A DNA stretch of 39,557 nt from Burkholderiales bacterium (GTDB taxonomy: Bacteria; Pseudomonadota; Gammaproteobacteria; Burkholderiales; JAEUOS01), in the NCBI GenBank assembly GCA_043775255.1, contig JAYVST010000369.1, positions 1 through 39,557 on the forward strand, read 5' to 3'. Numbering within the stretch: the stretch's first letter is position 1; each line of letters opens with the position of its first letter. The notes beneath the pieces were generated by a model. The model was given only the letters and a program-made list of their open reading frames with translations, was not told the DNA's origin and made no database searches. Positions 17,357-26,525 of the stretch are shown here, one piece after another. Both the position numbers and the translations under genes were made by a program.

Positions 17357-18529
17357 TCAGACGGCCGATGCACGTTTGTCCGCGCCGGCCCGCGAAGCCA
17401 GGTCAACGACGCGCCGCGCGTTGTCGCGCCATGTGAGGCCCAGGCGCCGGATGGATTCGCCGGCCGCCCGTCCCACCCTCGTGCGGAGTTCCTGATCGGA
17501 GCAAAGGCGAGTCAGCGCGTCTTCGAATCCGTGCGCCGCCGCCGGATCGAAGAGCACCGCATTGTCGCCGTCAACCAGGACTTCCTTGATGTTCGGGACT
17601 GCCGGGGCCACAACGGCCTTCTCCAACGCGAGATACTCGAACAGTTTCAGCGGCGACGCCCATGGCACTACGGCGGGTTGGAGTGCGATATCAAAGGCTG
17701 CCACATGCCGCGGCACGTCCTCACGCGGAATGACCCCGGTGAAGCGGATCCGGTCGCCGAGCGACAGTTCGCGCGCCAGCGATTCCAGGGCCCCGCGCAC
17801 GGGTCCGTCACCCACCACGAGCAGCCTGGCGTTTTCGGGGGCATTCGGCGAGGCCATCCAGCGCACGACTCGGTCCACACCGTGCCAATCGCGTATGAAC
17901 CCGGTAAATCCAAGAACAAGTGCATCGGGCCAACCCAGCGTACGCCGCGCCGATGCCGGGTCGGGCGCGCCGGCAAAGTGGGACTGATTGATTCCGTTCG
18001 GGATCACCACGATCCGCTCGTCAGGGACACCATACGCGGCAATTTCCGCGCCAAGCACGCGGGTTACCGGAAGGACGAAATCCGCGCCTCGCCAGACGAC
18101 CCCCTCGGTCCATCGCGCGACCCGCTTGAGACTCAGGCCCCCGAACTGGCTTCGCTCGCGCACCAGTGGACTGTTGACTTCCAGCAGCAGAGGCAATCCG
18201 GTGCGGCGCTTCAGCATCAACCCGGCCAGCAGAAACAGGTTGTAGCGTTCGTAAATGACATCAGGTCCGAATTCGCGCACTGCCGCCATCAGGCGGCGAT
18301 ATGCAAACAGCGAGTACCCGAGTTCCATCAGTTCATAGAGAGTCCTGGGCAGCACCTCCTTGAGCCTTTGTACCCAGCCCACTTCCCTGCCCATCCCGCT
18401 GTTCCGCTGCGAGCCTGGTCCGACAATGCGCACTTCATGCCCGGCGTCGCGCAGGGCGCCGACAAGTTCGTCGATATGCACCGCCTGACCGTCATTGGAA
18501 GCGGTACGGTGGTGGTAGAGAATCTTCAA
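17357..18529 (-). CDS. glycosyltransferase family 4 (GT-B)
   Basis: The conserved N-terminus KILYHHRTASNDGQAVHIDELV begins at an in-frame TTG (18529) that overlaps the methyltransferase stop as TTGA. The 40 extra codons in the track ORF overlap that gene. The start-codon choice is uncertain. Confidence 0.75.
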   Translation of the reverse strand: MKILYHHRTASNDGQAVHIDELVGALRDAGHEVRIVGPGSQRNSGMGREVGWVQRLKEVLPRTLYELMELGYSLFAYRRLMAAVREFGPDVIYERYNLFLLAGLMLKRRTGLPLLLEVNSPLVRERSQFGGLSLKRVARWTEGVVWRGADFVLPVTRVLGAEIAAYGVPDERIVVIPNGINQSHFAGAPDPASARRTLGWPDALVLGFTGFIRDWHGVDRVVRWMASPNAPENARLLVVGDGPVRGALESLARELSLGDRIRFTGVIPREDVPRHVAAFDIALQPAVVPWASPLKLFEYLALEKAVVAPAVPNIKEVLVDGDNAVLFDPAAAHGFEDALTRLCSDQELRTRVGRAAGESIRRLGLTWRDNARRVVDLASRAGADKRASAV

Positions 18530-19479
18530 TTCGGACGTCCGGGTTGATCGTATCCCCCCGCCTGGCCGGCGCGCTTGCGGAACTCCAGCCAGAAACCCAG
18601 GCAGGCGAGGTCGTCGTCGGAAAGCTTCCTGAACTCGACAGGGAGGCACTCCCGTATCTCTTCGAGGTCGCTCTGTGCGGCACGTTGCGTCACCTTGAGC
18701 GCAACGACGTCAAACGGCAATTTCTCGATGATCTCGCGATACTGGTTGATCCTAAAGCGGTTCGGTACGCCTTTGTGAGAATACATCCGCCGCCACATCG
18801 GTGCCGACCATTCAAGAAAGTCGAGCGGATTGCGCCGGTGCAGCCCGTGACTTCGCAAATCGACCAGATGTACGGCTGTTCCGCCAGCGCGCAGGCATGC
18901 GGACATATCCCTGAAAGTGGCTCCCAGATCATTGACGTGTTCGAGCACGGCGCGCGACACGACCATATCGATCACGCCTTCCAGGCCCGACAGCCCGTCG
19001 GGTCGCACCAGATATTCGATGCGGTCGGCTGCGAATCCCGAGCCTGGGTCGCCCGCTTTGCGAAAGCAATCGTCCGCGCATGCCCGCACGTCCGGGCCCA
19101 GCGACACGAGTATCGCCCGCATGACCGCGACATTGAAGTCGGTCGGCTGCAGCAATGCGAATCGATCCACGCAATAGACCTTGCGCGCCCCATAGGCCGC
19201 CAGCATCAGGGCGACCCCCAGAATGTCACCCGGCCCGTATTCCAGGACGACCCTGTCCGCGATTGCCTCAGCGATCCCGTCGCGCGGAACACCGATCGCA
19301 TCAAAATAATCGAAAAAACAATCAACGAAATACTGCCCGACCTCCTCAGGGGAGGATCCGGCCGCCTCTCCACGTCCAGTTTCCTGCGTCATGCGCATGT
19401 ATGTAGCGGACGAGAAGCGCGCCAATTGATTGGTCAACAATGCCTTGAGTACCCGTATCGAATCACCTGCGATCTGCAT
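18526..19479 (-). CDS. class I SAM-dependent methyltransferase
   Basis: 317 aa from the internal ATG of the 613-aa track ORF, whose N-terminal half overlaps asnB out of frame. GGGAG lies about 8 nt upstream. It has motif I VVLEYGPGDILG and motif II-like DMVVSRAVLEHV. Confidence 0.8.
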   Translation of the reverse strand: MQIAGDSIRVLKALLTNQLARFSSATYMRMTQETGRGEAAGSSPEEVGQYFVDCFFDYFDAIGVPRDGIAEAIADRVVLEYGPGDILGVALMLAAYGARKVYCVDRFALLQPTDFNVAVMRAILVSLGPDVRACADDCFRKAGDPGSGFAADRIEYLVRPDGLSGLEGVIDMVVSRAVLEHVNDLGATFRDMSACLRAGGTAVHLVDLRSHGLHRRNPLDFLEWSAPMWRRMYSHKGVPNRFRINQYREIIEKLPFDVVALKVTQRAAQSDLEEIRECLPVEFRKLSDDDLACLGFWLEFRKRAGQAGGYDQPGRPN

Positions 19480-19502
19480 TTCCGGCTCCCGCGTCCAATA
19501 GC

Positions 19503-21416
19503 CTACTTGTCGCTGCCTGCGGGCGCGCCCATGGCACAGCGCAGGAACGCTTCGAACATCAGAAGCGTCCAGATGGGCGTGCTGTGATCCCGCCGACCCG
19601 ATTCGTGCTGCTCGACGAGCTTCCGGATGGCGGCGGGATTGAACCAGCCGGAATCGGCCATCGGCCCGCCCAGCAGCGAATCGCGCACACGCTGCCGCAA
19701 CGGGCCACGGAACCAGCGTGTCAACGGTACCGCGAAGCCCATCTTGGGGCGGTACATGATGTCGGAAGGCAAGTACGGCTCCATCGCTCTCTTGAGCATG
19801 AACTTGCTTTCCTGCCCGCGCATCTTCAGAGCTGACGGCAGCGTCGCCAGCCACTCGACAAGGGGGTGGTCCATAAGCGGTTCTCTCACTTCGAGGGAAT
19901 GGGCCATGCTGGCGCGGTCGACCTTGGTGTTGATGTCCCCGACCAGGTAGGTATGCAGATCGATGTACTGGATCAATGCGAGCGGATCGTCGGTGTTCGC
20001 GCGGGCAGCGTGACGCGAGAACACCTCTTGCGCGGTGTAGCCGGCCAGTTCCCGCCGGAACGAATCGCTGTACAAGGCCTGGCGCTCCGCGTCGCGGATC
20101 AGGGACATGCTGTGGAAATACGCCTGCACCGAATCGCGTGCGAGGGCCTCGAACGTGGTCTTGGCACGGAATACCCGGGGCGCCCAATCGGCCTTGGGAT
20201 AGAGCCGTCCGAGCATGCCGAAAAGCGGCTTGCGCAAAGCCATTGGCATGGCACTGCGCATGTGCTCTTCCATCAGGTGCAGTTTGTAACGCCGGTAACC
20301 ACCGAAAGTCTCGTCGCCACCGTCGCCCGAGAGAGCCACCGTGACGTGTTTGCGGGCCAACTGGCAAACCCGGTAGGTCGGGATCGCGGAACTGTCGGCA
20401 TAGGGCTCGTCGTAGAGCCGAGCAAGCGTGTCGATGAGGTCAAAGTCATCGCTCTCGACCTTATCGACATGATGATTGGTGCGATAACGCTCGGCCACCT
20501 TCTGCGCGAACTGGGCCTCATCGTAGGCGGGGTCGGAGAACGATATCGAGCATGTATTGACGGGCTCGTCGGTTATGCCCGCCATCATCGCGACCACCGC
20601 GCTCGAATCGACACCACCGGACAGAAAGGCGCCCAGCGGCACTTCGGAGATCATGCGCAGGCGCACCGACTCCTTGAGTTTTTCAACCAGTTGCCCGCAT
20701 GCGTCTTCGACACCAATGATGTTGTCGAGCTTGAAGCGAACGTCCCAGTATTCACGTGGCTCGCCTACCGGCTCGCCGCGACGAATCAGCAAGGTGGAGG
20801 CGGGCGGCAGTTTCCGGGCCTGGCGGAAGATCGTGCGCGGTTCGGCCACGTATCCGAGCGCGAAATACTCCTCAACCGCCAGCGGGTCAATGTCACGTCG
20901 CAGGCCGCCGTGCGCGAGGATCGACTTCAATTCGGATCCGAACAACAGGGTGCCATCGTGCAACAACGCGTAGTAAAGCGGCTTCACTCCCAATCTGTCG
21001 CGCGCCATGAACAGCGATTCCCGATTGCGATCCCACAACACGAAGGCGAACATCCCCCGAAACCGCTCGACGCAGCGATCTCCCCAGGACTCCCACGCGT
21101 GTACGATGACCTCGGTGTCGCTACGGGTATGAAACACGTGCCCAAGCGCCTGCAATTCGGGAATGAGATCCTGATAGTTGTATATCTCGCCGTTGAAAAC
21201 CACGCAAACGGTACCGTCCTCGTTGTAAAGCGGCTGCTGTCCAGTGGATACGTCGATGATTGAAAGGCGGCGATGCCCGAGGCCCAGACCGGGTTCGACA
21301 TGCACGTCGCCCTCATCCGGGCCGCGATGGATCTGCGAATCGTTCATGCGCCTGAGCGTCGCTTGATCGATTTCGCGCTTGCCCTTTGTGTCGAACACTC
21401 CGGTGATACCGCACAT
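19503..21416 (-). CDS. asparagine synthase (glutamine-hydrolysing) family amidotransferase, exosortase-A-associated type
   Basis: 637 aa with MCGITGVFD (N-terminal nucleophile Cys2), HRGPDE and the PP-loop LSGGVDSS. Confidence 0.9.
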   Translation of the reverse strand: MCGITGVFDTKGKREIDQATLRRMNDSQIHRGPDEGDVHVEPGLGLGHRRLSIIDVSTGQQPLYNEDGTVCVVFNGEIYNYQDLIPELQALGHVFHTRSDTEVIVHAWESWGDRCVERFRGMFAFVLWDRNRESLFMARDRLGVKPLYYALLHDGTLLFGSELKSILAHGGLRRDIDPLAVEEYFALGYVAEPRTIFRQARKLPPASTLLIRRGEPVGEPREYWDVRFKLDNIIGVEDACGQLVEKLKESVRLRMISEVPLGAFLSGGVDSSAVVAMMAGITDEPVNTCSISFSDPAYDEAQFAQKVAERYRTNHHVDKVESDDFDLIDTLARLYDEPYADSSAIPTYRVCQLARKHVTVALSGDGGDETFGGYRRYKLHLMEEHMRSAMPMALRKPLFGMLGRLYPKADWAPRVFRAKTTFEALARDSVQAYFHSMSLIRDAERQALYSDSFRRELAGYTAQEVFSRHAARANTDDPLALIQYIDLHTYLVGDINTKVDRASMAHSLEVREPLMDHPLVEWLATLPSALKMRGQESKFMLKRAMEPYLPSDIMYRPKMGFAVPLTRWFRGPLRQRVRDSLLGGPMADSGWFNPAAIRKLVEQHESGRRDHSTPIWTLLMFEAFLRCAMGAPAGSDK

Positions 21417-21446
21417 GATGCTGTTTCCTGTTGCCGAATTGGTCGA

Positions 21447-22625
21447 TTATCGCGCTGCACCGGCGGCGCGGACCGATTGCCCGTGTCCACCCAGCAAACG
21501 GTCGTACAAGCTTCGATAGGCACATGTCATTGATTCGAGGCTGAACCGGCGCTCGACCAGGGCCCGGCCCGCCCGTCCGGCGGCAGCGGCAGCTGAAGGA
21601 TTGGCGACATATGCGCGTATGGCTTGCGCCAACCTAACCGGGTCCGCAGCCGGCACCAACTCGCCGGTCGTACCGGAATCCAGCAGCTCCTTGTTGCCGC
21701 CGACATCGGTGGCCACCACAGGAAGCCCACAAGCCATGGCTTCGAGAATCGTATTCGATATGCCTTCCGCCAGAGAGGGGAGAACAAAACAGTCCAGCCC
21801 GCGCAAAACGTCCGGAATGTCGCTTCGCTCGCCTGTCAACCAAGCCAGATCCGCCATGCCCGCCTGGCGCAGGATGGTCGACGCCGCGACGCGCAAGGGC
21901 CCGTCGCCGACCATGACAAGGCGCAAGCGCCCGCGCAGTTCGGGGGCGCGACGCACGGCCTCGATAAACGCCGCGGCAAGGTTGGTCTGATCCTTGACCG
22001 GTTCCATGCGACCCACCGTTCCTACAAGAAAGAGCGCCTCACCAGTAAACGGGCAGCCGGAAATCGGTACGCGTGCACCGTTTGCCGGATGAAAAAGCGC
22101 AATGTCCACTCCGTTGTAGAGTTGGGTCACACGAGTCTTCGCTATGCCGACTTTTCCGACGAGGTACCCTTCTAGATCGCGAGACAGCGCCACATAGTGC
22201 GTCACAAAAGGGCTGTAGAGCCGCCGCACCCATCGGTATTTCCGGTTGGATCCGTCAAGATCTCCCACATCACGGCCATGTTCGCCATGGATGCGCACCG
22301 GAACACCGGCCGCCCATGCAGGTGCGGATACCTCCAACGCGGCGAGGTTGCGGCTGTGAACGATTGCGGGTCGCATCGATCGGAAAAGTGAATGAAGCCG
22401 CGGGTATATTCGCAGTGCATGACCCGCAGGCTTGTTCAATGCGACGAATTCGACGTTCTTGCGCCGGATGCGATTGCGAAAGTCCGTGATGTCGGTGAGC
22501 GATATCACAGCATGCCGATAACATTCTTCCGGCATGTTGTTGATCAAATTGACGACCCCGTTTTCCAGTCCGCCGACGTTGAATCGGTATACCACGTGGG
22601 CAATCAGCGGGCGATGATCAATCAC
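21447..22625 (-). CDS. glycosyltransferase family 4, PEP-CTERM/EpsH1-locus type
   Basis: 392 aa with IAHVVYRFNVGGLENGVVNLIN and FVLPSLAEGISNTILEAMACGLPVVATDVGGN. The GTG start overlaps the exosortase stop (GTGA). Confidence 0.85.
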   Translation of the reverse strand: MIDHRPLIAHVVYRFNVGGLENGVVNLINNMPEECYRHAVISLTDITDFRNRIRRKNVEFVALNKPAGHALRIYPRLHSLFRSMRPAIVHSRNLAALEVSAPAWAAGVPVRIHGEHGRDVGDLDGSNRKYRWVRRLYSPFVTHYVALSRDLEGYLVGKVGIAKTRVTQLYNGVDIALFHPANGARVPISGCPFTGEALFLVGTVGRMEPVKDQTNLAAAFIEAVRRAPELRGRLRLVMVGDGPLRVAASTILRQAGMADLAWLTGERSDIPDVLRGLDCFVLPSLAEGISNTILEAMACGLPVVATDVGGNKELLDSGTTGELVPAADPVRLAQAIRAYVANPSAAAAAGRAGRALVERRFSLESMTCAYRSLYDRLLGGHGQSVRAAGAAR

Positions 22626-24199
22626 TTGATTTCCCGGCGCGATGTCATCGCTTGCAGGGCGCCAACGACGCCTGGCGCCGACGCCTCCATCAGCGCCGCG
22701 AGCGCCACGTCAGCCCCGGCATTCTGCGCCGCCGGCGCGAAGAAGATGACAACCGCGCTGCCGTCGCCGCGCCCACGCAAGCGGGACCAGGTCGTCAGCG
22801 CCTTCGCGAGATACGGATTGGCCGTGAGACGACCATCGATCCAGTAGAACCACTGCACCTGCCAGCGGGTATCGGTCGCGCCTGCTGCGATTCGATTCAG
22901 GCGCAATTCGGCGGTGCCCAGCCGCACCCGCATTGCCGCGAACTCGGCGTCCCGCGTACCTGCCTTGACCTGTGACCAGTCGTTGTCATTGGTCTTGACC
23001 AGCACGTTTTCGGAACTCACCAACTTCCGCTCAAACGACTGGTTACGGTAGTACGCCACGTATAGTCCGGCGGAAAGGCCGTTCTTGCGGAAATACGCGA
23101 TTTCCGATACAGACATCCCTGTGAAAGCAGGCCGCCAATCGAGCGGCACATCGACTGACTTGAGCCAACCTTCAGCTTCGAGGGGAATCGCAACGGCCAC
23201 GCGCTTATCCAATTCATCGTGCGAGATCGAAGCGTTCAACATGGCGGGAACCAGCGCCACGAAGGCCATGGCCGACCCTGCCAGCCACAACGGCCAGCCA
23301 CTCTTGGTCAAGCCAATCGAAGGTTGCGACATGATTTCATGCGGCACCGGCGGCTCGCTCCAGCGCGCTCCAATCATGAACATGATGACGATGACCAAGC
23401 CGAAAAACACCCAGCCGTAAAGGATGTGGTCGACACCAACGGCGATGCGGTTGTCGGAGAGGTGACCAAGCATCACAATCATGTAGGCGCGCAGCCAGTT
23501 GGCCACGATCGGCAACAAGATCGCGAATCCGACGAACAGCCAGCGCCGCGACATGGAACGATAGTTCAGATAGGCAAACAGCGTGCCTACGGTAGTGGAG
23601 GCGATCAGATAGCGCACGCCGCTGCATGCTTCGACTACCGACCAACTGCCTGAAGGGATGACGAAGTTCTGGCCTTCGCGAAACACCGGAACACCCGAAA
23701 GGCCGACGGCGAGAACGGTGAAGTCAGCAGTCCATTCCATCATCTTCGGCATCACGAATTCACCAATTGGAAGGGCGAAGTACATGAACCCGAGCGGAAA
23801 GGCAATCGCACGCGCAACACGTGTGCCGAGAACGGCCGGTACCGCCAGCAACATCAGGGTCAGCATGGCCAGTTGTGTCACGGAGTTGGCCGCCGCCAGT
23901 TCGCCTGCGAGCCAGGCTAATCCGGCAAGCGCTGTGAGCGCGAGTATCCAAGGGCTTGGTTCGGGTTCGATCTGCGCCAATTGAACGCGTTTGCCCCAAA
24001 TCAGCCAGAGGGAGATCGGAGGTATCAGGAAACAATGATTGAAAGTCTCGGACCGCCACCAGATTTCCACCATCGACAGCGCGGTCTGGCGGTAGACAAC
24101 GGCGATGCCGGCAACCACAGCGAGCAGCATCGGCAGCGCGGTACGCCATGCCATCGACCACTCGACGGCCGCTTGTGCGGGGGCCTCGCGAACCATCAC
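22622..24199 (-). CDS. xrtA: exosortase A (EpsH) fused to a C-terminal EpsI-family domain
   Basis: 525 aa. The N-terminal ~285 aa is polytopic, with WWRSETFNHCFLIPPISLWLIW and the exosortase catalytic signatures VVEACSGVRYL (Cys192), ANWLR (Arg237) and DHILYGWVFF (His258). One further TM segment follows. Next is an EpsI-like periplasmic domain (GLYVAYYRNQSFERKLVSSENVLV ... WQVQWFYWIDGRLTANPYLAK). Confidence 0.9.
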   Translation of the reverse strand: MMVREAPAQAAVEWSMAWRTALPMLLAVVAGIAVVYRQTALSMVEIWWRSETFNHCFLIPPISLWLIWGKRVQLAQIEPEPSPWILALTALAGLAWLAGELAAANSVTQLAMLTLMLLAVPAVLGTRVARAIAFPLGFMYFALPIGEFVMPKMMEWTADFTVLAVGLSGVPVFREGQNFVIPSGSWSVVEACSGVRYLIASTTVGTLFAYLNYRSMSRRWLFVGFAILLPIVANWLRAYMIVMLGHLSDNRIAVGVDHILYGWVFFGLVIVIMFMIGARWSEPPVPHEIMSQPSIGLTKSGWPLWLAGSAMAFVALVPAMLNASISHDELDKRVAVAIPLEAEGWLKSVDVPLDWRPAFTGMSVSEIAYFRKNGLSAGLYVAYYRNQSFERKLVSSENVLVKTNDNDWSQVKAGTRDAEFAAMRVRLGTAELRLNRIAAGATDTRWQVQWFYWIDGRLTANPYLAKALTTWSRLRGRGDGSAVVIFFAPAAQNAGADVALAALMEASAPGVVGALQAMTSRREIK

Positions 24200-25416
24200 A
24201 TCGACCCGGCGCGAGCAACGGCGGCATCAGGCAGATACTTGTCGAATCCGGACAGATGCGCCGTCCAGCTATAGCGGGACACGACAGTCTGTCGCGCCGC
24301 GGCGCCTATCGCAGCCGCACGTTCCGGTGCCTGCAACAGGTTATCGACCTGTTCGGCAAAGTCGGCTGCTCCAGCCGCAGTCAGAAAATCTTCACCCGGG
24401 GTCGCGTCAAGTGCCGCGGCGCAAGAATCCGACGCGATCACCGCCTTGCCCATCGCCATCGCTTCCAGGATCTTGTTCTGGATGCCACGTGCAAGACGCA
24501 GCGGCGCCACCACCATCAAGGCATGACGCAAATAGGGTCTAACATCCGGCACCGTCCCGGTAACCACGATGCTCTCCGACGCGAGCGCCTCCACCGCCGG
24601 CGCAGGCGAGCGCCCGACGATGTAGAACTTCAGGTGCGGCCATTTGCTCAGCAAGGCAGGAAGTGCTTCGGTAGAGAACCAGACGACCGCATCCACATTC
24701 GGCCAATAATCCATGGCGCCTGTGAATGCGATGACCGGACCGCATCCTCGAAACGGATTGTCGAATGAATGAGCCGACGAAAAGAAATCGGCATCCACCC
24801 CATTGCACACGAAATCGACACGGTCGGCGCATTCCGGTGCGAGGCCGCGGAACAGTTCCGCCTCCTTGTCGGTGACGAAGAACGTGCACTTGGCGGCCGC
24901 GGCTGCGGCACGCTCGAACGCCAGCAACTCGCGCGCTTCGCGGCGGTACATCCATGACATCGGCCAGCGATGATGCCCCGCATACTGCGACCATTTCGCA
25001 GAATCGACATCATCGAACACCAGGAGCCTTGGAACGGCCGGCAATGCATCTGCGTACTGGGCCATTGCGGATGAAAAAATCATGGCGCTGTCTATCGACA
25101 CCGCGTTGCAGGTCTGCCTGATCCATGCGCGCAAGCCGGAATCACGATAGTAAGGCACCGTAAGCGCTTCGCCCGTCAACAAGCCGCGCAGACTCGCGAA
25201 TTTCGCCAGTCGCGGTGAAATCATGCCTACGAACATGCTCGCGCACAATTTTCGGACTGTCTCGACATGTTCCAAATCGGCAGGATCGTCGACAAAGGTA
25301 CCCAGATGCACCTCGTGCCGCGAAATCAGATATCGCAGCAAATGGAAAGTCCGCACCTTGTCACCCTTGTTGGGCGGATACGGCAACCGGTGCGTAAGGA
25401 AAAGAACATTCGCCAT
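24196..25416 (-). CDS. glycosyltransferase, PEP-CTERM-locus type (stp1-like)
   Basis: 406 aa with the highly characteristic N-terminus MANVLFLTHRLPYPPNKGDKVRTFHLLRYL and the C-terminal region LRLARGIQNKILEAMAMGKAVI. Confidence 0.85.
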   Translation of the reverse strand: MANVLFLTHRLPYPPNKGDKVRTFHLLRYLISRHEVHLGTFVDDPADLEHVETVRKLCASMFVGMISPRLAKFASLRGLLTGEALTVPYYRDSGLRAWIRQTCNAVSIDSAMIFSSAMAQYADALPAVPRLLVFDDVDSAKWSQYAGHHRWPMSWMYRREARELLAFERAAAAAAKCTFFVTDKEAELFRGLAPECADRVDFVCNGVDADFFSSAHSFDNPFRGCGPVIAFTGAMDYWPNVDAVVWFSTEALPALLSKWPHLKFYIVGRSPAPAVEALASESIVVTGTVPDVRPYLRHALMVVAPLRLARGIQNKILEAMAMGKAVIASDSCAAALDATPGEDFLTAAGAADFAEQVDNLLQAPERAAAIGAAARQTVVSRYSWTAHLSGFDKYLPDAAVARAGSM

Positions 25417-25422
25417 GCTCAG

Positions 25423-26457
25423 TCATCCAAGATTGCGAACGATGTGCGGCCCGAGCCAGTTGGCGACCGCCAGAGGCATGCGCCGCCAGCCTTCAATAAA
25501 GAGCCGGTATTTCGCGTTCGACGGATTGTTCTGTGGAATCGAATCCCGGCGATACAGCCTGTATTCGTAATGCAACTGTTCCGGGTCGAAGCCCCAGTGC
25601 TTCTTGAAGGAATATGAACCGGTACCCTGTTTACTGCGACCAAAGTCGAATACCCTGAGACCCCGTGCGCATGCGAGTCGCATCAATTCCCAGTACTTGA
25701 AGTCGTTGGCGGCGAGGTCGCGCGCTTCCTCATCATCCCCTGCATAGTAAGGAAGCACTTCATCGCGGAAATAAAAGCTGAGCACCGACGAAAGCGCGCG
25801 GCCATCCGCTGACGCGACTGTCAATACCTCGCAATCCGGCCCAAACGTTTCCAGCAGCGCCTGAAAGTAGCCCTTGGACATTGCCGGCGTCCCGTGACGG
25901 TGAACATTGTCCGCATAAAGCGCGAAAAACCTTTCGACATTTCGATCGACTCCGCTCGTCAACCCGTTCTTCATGCCTTTGCGGACCATCGCACGCTGTT
26001 TTCGTGGAATCGCCAGCAGGTTCGCTTGCTCCTCCGGAAAAATCGTCTTGCGGAAAGTCACGTACAGATCCTGGGTCGGCCAGTCCGCATGGCATTGCAG
26101 GACATTGCGCAACTCGAGATGGTCGACTCCAAGCCGGATGGCGATCTGATGGGCCTCAGATTCCAGCTCTGCGGCGGCGGCGGGACTTGCTGCGGCGACT
26201 CCGCCGTAGACGGCAAATGGCAGGGAAACAAGCGCATTGCCGAACAGAAGACTGTCGACATGTGCTAGCGGCAAGACCCCCTCTATCAAACCGTCGCGCT
26301 CGGCGTACAAGAAGTAGGTCCGGTGCCTGAATATTCTTTCAATCACATCTTGCCAGCCGGCACGATGAAAAAAAGTCGCAGACGGACACGTCATGACGAA
26401 GGCATCCCAGCGCGCAGACTCCTGTCGATTCGCAGGATCAAGTCGGCGAACTGTCAT
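25423..26457 (-). CDS. FemAB-family protein, PEP-CTERM-locus type
   Basis: 344 aa from the internal ATG (aa 25 of the track ORF). It has FFHRAGWQDVIERIF, LVSLPFAVYGG, YYAGDDEEARDLAANDFKYWELM and FDFGRSKQGTGSYSFKKHWGF. Confidence 0.8.
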   Translation of the reverse strand: MTVRRLDPANRQESARWDAFVMTCPSATFFHRAGWQDVIERIFRHRTYFLYAERDGLIEGVLPLAHVDSLLFGNALVSLPFAVYGGVAAASPAAAAELESEAHQIAIRLGVDHLELRNVLQCHADWPTQDLYVTFRKTIFPEEQANLLAIPRKQRAMVRKGMKNGLTSGVDRNVERFFALYADNVHRHGTPAMSKGYFQALLETFGPDCEVLTVASADGRALSSVLSFYFRDEVLPYYAGDDEEARDLAANDFKYWELMRLACARGLRVFDFGRSKQGTGSYSFKKHWGFDPEQLHYEYRLYRRDSIPQNNPSNAKYRLFIEGWRRMPLAVANWLGPHIVRNLG

Positions 26458-26525
26458 GCTGCAACCTGGATTCCATGTAATTCCCCGACGATTGCCTTGG
26501 ATATCTGAATCTTCATCGGGGCAGG

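Noticed and set aside
16499-18547. 682-aa plus-strand ORF, and the similar long plus-strand ORFs 6779..8212, 8736..9737, 19866..21263 and 12027..12884
   Set aside because: These are antisense shadows of strongly supported minus-strand genes (GT4s, decarboxylase, glmL/glmE, asnB, ligase). They are extremely Arg/His/Gly-rich and have no catalytic motifs.
18526-20367. 613-aa form of the methyltransferase ORF, and similar over-long forms: 3544..4368, 10444..11115, 12987..13955, 27627..28964, 28778..30433, 35709..36905 and 37735..38292
   Set aside because: The N-terminal extensions overlap the upstream gene in another frame and are Arg/Pro-rich. They precede an internal ATG that sits just after the upstream stop, often with an RBS, and that is where the conserved protein family begins.
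19503-21416. The AsnB homologue as a lasso-peptide cyclase partnering the PqqD/kinase/NTase genes
   Set aside because: It keeps the N-terminal Cys2 glutaminase domain (MCGITG) and is full Asn-synthase length. It sits in the conserved XrtA core 14 kb away from those genes, and no leader protease or short precursor is present.
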